From an uncultured delta proteobacterium (GTDB lineage Bacteria > Desulfobacterota > Desulfobaccia > Desulfobaccales > 0-14-0-80-60-11), in contig CAWETI010000003.1 of the NCBI GenBank assembly GCA_963812015.1, positions 1,984,001-2,048,000 on the forward strand: DNA of 64,000 nucleotides, written 5' to 3'. This document shows positions 29,001 to 38,897 of this stretch, piece after piece. Each line of letters begins with the position of its first letter. Positions within the stretch are counted from its first letter, which is position 1. The position numbers and the translations under genes are program-made. Under the pieces are notes generated by a model. It searched no databases and was not told where the DNA came from. It saw only the letters and a program-made list of their open reading frames with translations.

Positions 29001-30500
29001 AACCGGGTGGTGGTGGCGGCCTGCAGCCCCACCACGCACCAGCCGATCTTCATGGACATGCTCCGTAACGCTGGCCTGAATAAGTATCTCTTTGAAATGG
29101 CCAACATCCGCAATCAGTGCACCTGGGTCCATCAGTACAATCGGGATGCCGCGACGAGAAAATGCCAGGATCTGGTCAATATGGCGGTAGCCAAGGCCCG
29201 GTTGCTGCAACCCCTGGACTCCCTCTCGGTGGGGGTTACCCACAAGGCCCTGGTCGTGGGGGGCGGAGTCTCGGGCATGACCACTGCCCTGGCCCTGGCG
29301 GATCAGGGCTATGGCGTCGACCTGGCGGAAGGGATCGACAGTCTGGGTGGCAATGCCCTTAAACTGCACACCACCTGGCGGGGCGAGCAGGTCAAGCCGT
29401 ATCTGCATGAACTCATCGACCGGGTCCAAAAACACGACAATATCCACGTCCACTTCGAAGCCACCGTCATCGAGGCCGGCGGCGCCGTGGGCAACTTCAC
29501 TTCACGCCTGTCCAACGGCGCCCTGATTCAGCACGGCGTGGTGGTGCTGGCCACCGGGGCTGAGCCTTATCGCCCGGAGGGGCACTATCTCTACCGGAAA
29601 AATCCCCATGTGTTTCTCTCCCTGGATATGGATAGGGAGATCGCCACCAATAGCCGGCTGATCAAGAATGCCCAAGCCGCGGCCTTCATTCAATGCGTCG
29701 GTTCCCGTATTCCGGAGCGGCCTTACTGTAGCCGGGTGTGCTGTACCAGTTCCGTGGATAACGCCCTGAAATTCAAAGAGATCAATCCGGATATGGATGT
29801 CTATATCCTGTATCGGGATATGCGGACCTATGGCGAACGGGAATTCCTCTATCAGCAGGCGCTCCAGAAAGGGGTGATCTTCATTCGCTACCAGTTGGAC
29901 GATCTGCCCCAGGTGGAGGAGGTGGACGGCAGAATCCGCATCCGGGTAACGGATCACATCCTGGGGCGGCCGATTGCATTGACGGTGGATCTGTTAACTC
30001 TGGCCACCGCCATCGTCCCCCGGGCAAATACCCATCTGGCTGAGATGTACAAAGTGGCCCTCAATGAGGAGGGGTTCTTCTCAGAGGCCCACGCCAAGAT
30101 CAGGCCGGTGGACTGCGCCACCGAAGGCATCTTTCTGGCGGGCCTCTGCCACAACCCCAAGCCCCTGGAAGATTCCATCCGGTTGGGGCTGGCCGCCGCC
30201 GCCCGGGCCTCCACGATCCTGTCCCAAGACCATCTCGAATTGAATGCCAACATCGCCACGCCAATGGATGAAAATTGCGACGGCTGCGCCTTCTGTGTGG
30301 ACGGCTGCCCGTTCCGGGCGATTACCCTGTTGGAATATATGCGAGAGGGCCAACTCAAAAAGACGGTGGAGGTCAACGAAACGCAATGTAAAGGCTGCGG
30401 TTCCTGCATGGCCACCTGTCCGAAAGAGGGGATCGCGGTGGCAGGATTTTCCTTGCAGCAGATAAATGCCCAGGTTGAGGCGGCCATCGGCTTGATTTAA
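26034..30500 (+). CDS. HdrL-type large heterodisulfide reductase A flavoprotein with inserted GltD-like NAD(P)-binding module; selenoprotein (TGA 26226-26228)
   Basis: [16 protein letters not shown]...[21 protein letters not shown] continues in frame into the 1407-aa ORF; HdrA motifs CVGSR and YCSSVCC; multiple ferredoxin motifs; hairpin after TGA. Confidence 0.9.
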
Positions 30501-30745
30501 ACAGCCGCGGCGCCACCTGAGAGATTTATTAATTGCTTTGTTTCTAAACTTCTTGATATTGATATGGACTTATGTTAATATATGCCATAGGGTCGGCTAG
30601 GAGATAAGGCAACAGCAGAGACAGACCTTATGTGCATACCTGGTTCTCGTGGAGCGAAAAATTCCCTGTCCCCCCAATCCGCCGGGAAGGCGAAGGTGCG
30701 GATCTGGCCGGGGACTAACACAGAGGCGAGGAGGAGGATGGTTTT

Positions 30746-33700
30746 ATGACTGACACCCTTTCCCCGGGGCAGAAGCAGGGCGCCGTGCTGGTGGTCGGAG
30801 GCGGCATTGCCGGGATCCAGGCGGCTCTGGATTTAGCTGATTCCGGGTTTTACGTTTATCTGGCGGAGAAAAGCGCCGGCATCGGCGGCACTATGTCGCA
30901 GTTGGACAAGACCTATCCCACCAACGACTGCGCCATGTGAATTATATCGCCCAAGCTGGTTGAGTGCGGTCGGCACTTAAACATAGAACTGTTGACGCTC
31001 ACGGAGTTGGAAAGCCTTTCCGGGGCAGCAGGCAATTTCACTGCCACTCTAAAGCAGAAGCCCCGCTACGTGGATATGGCCAAATGCATCGGCTGCGGAG
31101 TCTGCGCCGAAAAATGCCCGAAAAAGGTGGCCGATGAATACAATCTGGGGCTGGCGAAACGCAAGGCGATTTATGTCAAATACAGTCAAACCGTGCCGTT
31201 GAAGTACGCTATTGATGAGGCTAACTGCATTTATTTCAAAAAAGGCACCTGCAAGGCCTGCGAAAAACATTGCCCGGCCGGCGCCATCAAGCTTGACGAC
31301 CAGGGGGAACTCCGAACGATACAGGTCGGGGCGGTGCTCCTGGCCGCAGGCTTTCAGCCGTTTAACCCCAAAGTGTTTAATTCGTACGGTTACGGCAGGT
31401 ATCCCGGCGTGGTCACCAGCCTGGAGTTTGAACGTATTCTGAGCGCCTCCGGGCCGTTTGGGGGCCATGTGGTGCGACCGGCCGACAAGCAGGAGCCTAA
31501 ACGAATCGCCTGGCTACAGTGCGTTGGTTCCCGGGACACCAAGCCCGGCACGCATTCCTACTGTTCCGGGGTCTGCTGCATGTACGCCATTAAACAGGCG
31601 GTCATTGCCAAGGAACATTCCGGGGGCGATCTGGAAACCACCATCTTTTTCATGGACATGCGCACCCATGGCAAAGATTTCGACCGCTACTATGAGAACG
31701 CCCAGGACAAGTTCGGGGTGCGGTTTATTCGCTCCCGGGTGCACTCCCTATTGATGCCGGACCCGGAAACCAAGCAATTGGAAGTGTCCTATGTGGATGA
31801 AAACGGCGACCTGCACCAGGAAGGGTTTGATCTGGTAGTCCTGTCCGTCGGTCTGGAGGTACCGGAGGATTTTCGCGCCCTGGCCGACAAAGTGGGGGTG
31901 GAACTGGACCGTCACGGTTTCGTGGACGCCACCTCCTTTGCCCCGGTGGCCTCATCCCGGCCCGGCATCTACGTCTGCGGCGCCCTGGCCGGCCCCAAGG
32001 ATATCCCCTATTCCGTCATGGAGGCTTCGGCCGCCGCGGGTGCGGCTGCCAGCGAACTGAGTGACCAACGCTTCACCCTGGTAACCAAAAAGACCTATCC
32101 GCCGGAGCGCAATGTGGCCCAGGAACCCCCTCGCATCGGGGTCTTCGTCTGCAACTGCGGCATCAATATCGGCGGGGTCATCCGGGTCCCGGAAGTGGCG
32201 GAATATGCCCGCAGCCTGCCGCACGTGGTGCATGTGGAAGAAAACCTGTACACCTGCTCCCAAGATACCCAGGACCGGATGAACGAAATCATCGCCGAAA
32301 AGGGTCTGAACCGGGTGGTGGTGGCGGCCTGCTCACCTCGCACCCACGAGGCCCTTTTCCAGGAAACCATGAATAACGCCAGCTTGAACAAGTACCTGTT
32401 TGAGATGGCCAATATTCGCAATCAGGACTCCTGGGTGCATGCCCAGGAACCGGACGTGGCCACCGAAAAGGCGAAAGACCTGGTGCGCATGGCCGTAGCC
32501 AAAAGCGCTCTCCTCACCCCGCTGAATGAAGTGGAATTGCCCATGACCCAAACCGCCCTGATCGTCGGGGGCGGGGTCGCCGGGATGGCGAGCGCCCTTA
32601 ATCTGGCCCGGCAAGGCTATCCCGTGCATTTAGTGGAACAGGGCGGGGTGCTCGGAGGCGCGGCCAGACGACTTTTGAGCACCTATAAGGGCGAAGATGT
32701 CAAAACCTTCCTGGCCCGGTTAACTGCTGAAGTCCAGGCTGAGCCCAAAGTGGCGGTGCATCTCCATACGTCCGTGTCCGAGGTGCAAGGCTTTGTGGGT
32801 AATTTCAAGACCACGCTCCTCAGCGGGGATGCTTCCGAAATCATCGAGCACGGCGTCGCCATCCTGGCCACCGGCGCCAAAGAGTATAAGCCCCAGGAGT
32901 ATCTTTACGGCGAACACCCCGCGGTAGTGACCCAACTGGAGTTGGACGAACTTTTGCAACAGGGGGATGCCCGCCTGGATCAGGCCGAAAATTTCGCGTT
33001 TATTCAATGCGTGGGTTCCCGGGACGAAAACCATCCCTACTGCTCGAAGGTCTGTTGCACCCACTCGGTGAAAGCGGCCCTGGAGTTGAAGCGCCGCCAG
33101 CCGTACGCCAATATCACCATCCTGTACCGGGACATGCGGACGTATGGCCCCCGGGAGGATCTCTATACTGCGGCCCGTGAACAAGGGGTGCGGTTCTCCC
33201 GCTATGCCCGGCAGGACCCACCCGTGGTGACCAGCCAGGATGGCCGTCTGAGCCTGGCATTTTTCGATCCCATCCTGGGTCGCCGTCTGACTATGGACCT
33301 GGACCTGCTTTGTCTGGCGGCAGCCATCGAATCCCACCAGGATCAGAACCTGGCTCAGATGTTCCGAGTACCGCTGGATGGTGACGGCTGGTTTTTGGAA
33401 GCCCACCAGAAGCTGCGGCCGGTGGATTTCGCCAACGACGGCATCTTTCTCTGCGGCATGGCCCATTATCCCAAGCCGCTGGAAGAAAGCATTGCCCAGG
33501 CCCAGGCGGCGGCGGCCCGGGCCGCGACCTTCCTGTCCAAGGACAGCATCAAGGTGAGTGGACTGGTAGCGCGGATTACCCCTGAGTTCTGCTGCGGTTG
33601 CCAGGCCTGCGTCAATGTCTGCCCGTATCAGGCGGTGAGTTTTGACGAATCCCGGGGCGTGGCCATGGTCAATGAAGCCCTCTGCAAAGGCTGCGGCGCC

Positions 33701-33796
33701 TGTGCGGCCACCTGCCCGTGCGAGGCCCCGATGCTGATGGGATTCAATAACCGGCAATTATATGCGCAAATCAAGAACGCCTTGTCTTTTTACTGA
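30746..33796 (+). CDS. hdrA: Heterodisulfide reductase subunit A-like flavoprotein; selenoprotein (TGA 30938-30940)
   Basis: [21 protein letters not shown] in frame with the 934-aa [30 protein letters not shown] hairpin downstream. Confidence 0.9.
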
Positions 33797-33819
33797 TGCC
33801 ATAGGGAGAACTGAGGGAT

Positions 33820-34329
33820 ATGGAAAATTTTGAGCCAAAGCTTCTGGCTTTCGTGTGCAACTGGTGCGCTTACGGGGCCGCCGATCTGGCCGGCGTCAGC
33901 CGCATGCAGTATCCGGCCAATATTCGGCTGCTGCGGGTCATGTGTTCCGCCACCGTCTCGCCGCATCACATTCTGAGAGCCTTGCAGAGTGGCGCCGATG
34001 GCATCCTGGTGGCCGGGTGACACCTGGGCGACTGCCATTACCTGTACGGTAATCACATGACCCAAAAGCGGATGAGGTTCATGCAAGAATTATTAAAGGT
34101 TGTCGGCCTGGAGGGGAGATTGCGCCTGGAGTGGATTTCTTCGGCCGAAGCCAATAAATTTGTCAAAGTGGTCACCGAGTTCACGGAGCAGATTCGGAAC
34201 CTGGGCCCCAACCCTCTGGCCAAGAGTTATGGACGGCCTTTGGAGGCCCTGGAAATATCTCCGGTGTTGGGCGCCGCGACCGGTCCCAGTTGCGCCTGCG
34301 GTCACGCCGAAGCAGCCGCCCGGGCCTGA
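33820..34329 (+). CDS. mvhD: MvhD/FlpD-type [2Fe-2S] subunit; selenoprotein (TGA 34018-34020)
   Basis: FVCNWCAYGAADLAG...RVMCS...GILVAG-TGA-HLGDCHYLYGN; ATTACC/GGTAAT hairpin. Confidence 0.92.
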
Positions 34330-34354
34330 CCACCTGAGATAAAGGGTACCTGAT

Positions 34355-35164
34355 ATGAAGAATAGAGTGCGTGAATGGCTGGACACCGGCAAGGTGGATC
34401 TGTTCCTGGGTTATAAAAATGTCGATGGACATCCCTTGCCCCATGGTTTCGGTAAAGAAAATCTTCAGGAACTGGAGGCATTGATCATCAGTCCGGCTCG
34501 CTATCCCCTGGAAAAGCTGGCGGCCGAAATTCTGGCGATCAAACCGTCCCTCAAGATCGGTATCTTAGGCCGCGACTGCAACCGCCGGGCCCTGAATGTG
34601 CTGGCGGTGCATCAACAAATAACTCCCGGGCAGATTGAGGTCATGGACGTTAACTGCTGCCCTTCCCAACTCCATAAACATGCGGATTGCTCCTCGCTGC
34701 AACCCCGGACCTACGGAGACGTTAAACTGCAATTGGGCCTCGATAACAACATGTCGGTGAACCAATTGAAAGAATACGATCAAGAGACGGTGTTTTCCAA
34801 GTGGATGTATGAATTCGAGAAATGCCTGAAATGTTATGGCTGCCGGGATATTTGCCCGGTGTGTTTTTGTAAGGAATGTTCTTTGGAGCATGGGGATCTC
34901 ATCGCTTCCGGCGGCTTGCCGCCGGAAGTGCCGCTGTTCCATCTGGTCAGGGCGGTGCACATGGCCGGCCGCTGCATCGACTGCGGTTTGTGCGAAGACG
35001 CCTGCCCGGCGGATATACCTTTACGGCTGCTGTATCGCAGCGTGAACGCCATCGTCAAGGACCTGTTCGGCTACGAAACCGGGACTAGCCACGAACAGCC
35101 GCCTTTCAGCCTCCTGGGCGGCAGTCCCCCCCGGGAAGCCGAACCCCACCGGGAAGCAGTATAA
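34355..35164 (+). CDS. FdhB/FrhB-like 4Fe-4S protein
   Basis: CLKCYGCRDICPVCFCKEC and FHLVRAVHMAGRCIDCGLCEDACP. Confidence 0.82.
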   Translation: MKNRVREWLDTGKVDLFLGYKNVDGHPLPHGFGKENLQELEALIISPARYPLEKLAAEILAIKPSLKIGILGRDCNRRALNVLAVHQQITPGQIEVMDVNCCPSQLHKHADCSSLQPRTYGDVKLQLGLDNNMSVNQLKEYDQETVFSKWMYEFEKCLKCYGCRDICPVCFCKECSLEHGDLIASGGLPPEVPLFHLVRAVHMAGRCIDCGLCEDACPADIPLRLLYRSVNAIVKDLFGYETGTSHEQPPFSLLGGSPPREAEPHREAV

Positions 35165-35191
35165 CTCGGTATCGTAGCCGGGAGAAAAACC

Positions 35192-37231
35192 ATGTATAAA
35201 CTTGTTCCTTCGGTATGTTCTTATTGTGGCACGGGCTGCGGAGTGCTCTTCGAAGTGCTGGACGGCCGGCTGCTGAAAACCCTGCCGCTCAAGACCCATC
35301 CCGTGAATCAGGGAAAATTGTGCATCAAGGGCTGGAACCTGCATGAATTCGTCAACAGCGGCATGCGTCTGCAAGCCCCCCTCCTCAAGCTCAACGGACG
35401 CTTTCATGAAGTAACCTGGGACCGGGCCGTGCAATTCGCCGCAGATCAGCTGACGAGCATCATCAATCAATACGGCCCCGAGAGCGTGGGCGTGCTGGTC
35501 TCGGCCAAAATTACCAACGAAGAAAATTATCTGCTCCAGAAATTTGCCCGGGCCGTGGTCGGCACCAACCATGTCGACCACTGCGCCCGCCTCTGACACT
35601 CCTCCACGGTGGTAGGTCTTGCCGCCGCATTTGGGAGTGGGGCCATGACGAACTCCATCGCCGAAATCGAGGACGCCGCCTGTATCTTCATCATCGGCTC
35701 CAACACTTCGGCCTGCCATCCCCTCATCGCCCGCCGGGTATTTCGGGCCAAGGAGAAAGGCGCCAAACTTATCGTGGCCGACCCGCGCTCCATCCAGATG
35801 AGTCGGTTTGCGGATGTTGCGGTAAATCACCGACTGGGCACCGATGTCGCCCTGCTCAATGGCATGATGCATATCATCCTGAAAAACGGCTGGGAAGATC
35901 GGGAATACATCGCCACCCGGACCGAAGGGTTCGAGGAGCTTAAGGAGGCCGTGGCGGCCTATACACCCCAGCGTGTCCAGGAGATTTGCGGGGTTGCCCC
36001 TGACGACCTGGAAAAGATGACCGAGTTGTACGCCACGCGCCGTCCGGCCCCCATCCTCTACACCATGGGGATAACGCAGCACACCACCGGCGTGGACAAC
36101 GTCAAGACCATCTGCAACCTGGCCATGCTCACCGGCAATGTGGGGATTGCCAGCGCCGGCGTCAACCCCTTGCGCGGCCAGAACAACGTTCAGGGCGCCT
36201 GCGATATGGGTGGGTTGCCCAATGTCTTTACCGGGTATCAACCGGTAAGCAACCCCGAGGCTAATGCCAAATTCTCCCAGGCTTGGGGCCGGCCCCTGTC
36301 CGACAAGCCGGGCTATACCCTCCCGGATATGATCAATGCCATGTCCCAGGAAAAACTCAAAGCCCTCTACGTCATCGGCGAGAACCCGAAATTGAGTGAT
36401 CCCGACGCCAACCACCTCAAGCACGCCTTTAATAACCTTGAACTCCTGATCGTGCAGGATCTCTTCCTGTCGGAAACGGCTCAGGGAGCCCACGTGGTTT
36501 TCCCGGCCGCCTCCACCGCGGAAAAAGACGGCACCTACACCAATACCGAGCGCCGTTGTATGCGGATTCGCAAGGCCATCGAGCCGGTGGGCAACTGTCT
36601 CCCCGATTGGGAAATCGTCGGTAAACTTGCCACGGCCATGGGCTATCCCATGAGCTACCGCGGCCCGGAAGAGGTGTTCCAGGAGATGGCGGCCCTGACC
36701 CCGAGCTATGCCGGCATGAGCTATGAACGCCTGGGCATCGATGGGCTGCAGTGGCCTTGCCCCACTGCCGACCACCCCGGCACGACGTTTTTGCACAGGG
36801 ATAGATTCACCCGGGGACTGGGTAAGTTTCATGCGGTGAATTATCAGCAACCGGCCGAGCAGCCGGATGCCGAATATCCCTATTTTTTGACCACCGGCAG
36901 GATGTTCGCCCATTATCACACCGGCACCATGACCCGGGTGTCCCCGGCTCTGGACCGGGAACAGCCCACCGGTTATGTGGAAATCAACCCGAAAGACGCC
37001 GGCAAGCTGAAGGTTCATGAGGGAGACCTGCTGGTTATTTCTTCTCCCCGGGGCCGCATCGAAGTTCCGGCCAAACTTAGTTTGACCGTGAGACCGGGCA
37101 ACCTCTTCCTCCCCATTCATTTCGGTGAGAACCCCCCGAACGTGCTCACCAACTCCGAGGCTTTGGACCCCCTGGCCAAAATACCGGAGTTCAAAGTGAG
37201 CAAGGCCCGGGTGGAAAAATTGATGGAATAA
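35192..37231 (+). CDS. fdhF: Cytoplasmic Mo/W formate dehydrogenase alpha subunit; selenocysteine (TGA 35594-35596)
   Basis: CSYCGTGC, HVDHCARL-TGA-HSSTVVGL active-site motif, PLRGQNNVQGACDMG; no Tat signal. Confidence 0.95.
35597..35639 (+). promoter_or_regulatory. Bacterial SECIS element of the fdh alpha gene
   Basis: CACTCC...GGTGGTAGGTCTTGCCGCC...GGAGTG stem-loop directly after TGA, resembling the fdhF SECIS. Confidence 0.8.
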
Positions 37232-37393
37232 ACCCTTAATCTGAAAAGTCGTAGGATTCTCAAACGACTGACGGTCGGCAGGTGGACTGGAGCACTGATT
37301 GCACCTCAGGGGCCGGTGGAATCGACCCGGCTGCCCTGAATAACCCATAACTTGATCGAATTCCATAGGTTATAATTCTAGTTTGGAGGAAAT

Positions 37394-38728
37394 ATGGCAG
37401 AAGAGGCAGCTACAGAAGTGAGAGCAGGCCGGACGCACCGCAAAATCGGCGGCATCTCCCCCGAGATGGCGGACCGCTGTTATGCCTGTGGAACGTGCTC
37501 CGGCGGTTGTCCCGCCACCGGCCTGGTCCCCGGTTGGGACCCCCGGAAGGCGATCCGGGCTATAGTCTTGGGCCTGGAGCAGGAGGTCATCGACTCCAAG
37601 TGGCCCTGGGTTTGCACCCTGTGCGGCCGGTGCCAGTATCAGTGTCCCATGGGCATCCAGTTGCTCAAGACCTTCCGGGCCTGCCGCACCGCCCGGGATC
37701 GGGACAAAGTGCCGGGGCCGATCCACAAGGGCACCATGATGAATCTCCAGCGGGGCAACAACCTGGGGATTCCCCGTAATGACTTTCTGTTTCTCCTGGC
37801 CGAGCTGGGCGTGGAGATGGAAAACGACGAAAACCAACCCTGCCCCGGTTTCTACGTGCCGGTTGACAAAGAAGGGGCCAACGTTATCGTCACCATCAAC
37901 TCCAAAGAGCCCTTCGGCGAGCCCGACGATATGAAATTTTGGTGGCGCATCTTCTATGCCGCCCAGGAAGACTGGACCGTCTCTTCCACCAACTGGGAGG
38001 GGGTTAACTGGGCCCTGTTCTCCGGCGATGACGAGTCCATGAAGGTCCAGGTGGCCCGAATCATCGAGAATGCCCGACGAATTAAGGCAAAAACTATCTT
38101 GTACCCCGAATGAGGGCACGCCTACTATGCAACCCGGTTCGGGTTCGAAAATTGGTTTCCGGAAGTCTACAAAGAATTTAAGGTTGTCAGCGTCATGGAT
38201 CTGCTGGAGGACTACATCAAATCCGGCCGGATCAAGCTGGACGCTACCAAAATTCACCATCCCTATACGGTGCACGACCCGTGCAATTACGTGCGCAAAT
38301 CCCAGATGGCCTTTGGGCAGTCCACTGCTGAACAGTCACGCTGGATCTCCCAGCAGTGCATTGACCCCAGCCTCTTTCGGGAAATGTGCGACGATCCGAT
38401 GAACAACCTGTGCTGCGGCGCCGGCGGCGGCGCCTGGGCCATGCCTTACGAGAAAGAACGCCTGGCTTACGGCAAGATGAAGGCGGACCAGATCAAAGAC
38501 ACCGGGGCCGAGCTGGTCATCGCCCCGTGTCACAACTGCCGGGACCAGATCCTGAAGGATCTTCCCAAAGCCCATGACATGGGCAACTACAAAGAAACCA
38601 TGTACCTCTGGGAACTGGTGTCCCTGTGCCTGGATTATGAGCCCTGGAGCCAGGCAGAAATCGCCAAGGCCCACGCCGCCCGGGACGCCCAGTTTGAGCG
38701 GGACGGCATCGAGTTGGAAGAGGAATAA
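37394..38728 (+). CDS. HdrD/DsrK/TmcB-family Fe-S protein (ferredoxin plus CCG domain); probable selenoprotein (TGA 38111-38113)
   Basis: Two CxxCxxCxxxCP, ILYPE-TGA-GHAYY (ECGHA motif), HDPCN, LCCGAGGG, PCHNC, all in one frame; AACCCG/CGGGTT hairpin. Confidence 0.85.
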
Positions 38729-38767
38729 GGTTTAGCGTCAGCTCAGCCAACCATCCTTGGCTAAACC

Positions 38768-38804
38768 GGGCCCGGCAGAAGAGAATCTGCCGGGCCCCTT
38801 TTTT
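38768..38804 (+). terminator. Intrinsic terminator closing the hdr/fdh cluster
   Basis: GGGCCCGGCAGA-AGAGAA-TCTGCCGGGCCC-CTTTTTT. Confidence 0.8.
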
Positions 38805-38897
38805 GTATCGGGTTCTCTCCAGACAAGGCAGGTGATCGCGGTGCAGGGCCGGGAGAGGCTGGACAGCGTGCAGAAATTGATAGTTTTTTACAGCCGG

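Noticed and set aside
35021..37366. 781-aa minus-strand ORF
   Set aside because: Antisense shadow of the fdh alpha gene in GC-rich DNA; no recognisable motifs
26034..38728. Pseudogenes or separate small ORFs at the five TGA breaks
   Set aside because: All breaks are in-frame TGA at conserved Cys/Sec positions with downstream hairpins; Sec readthrough is more parsimonious
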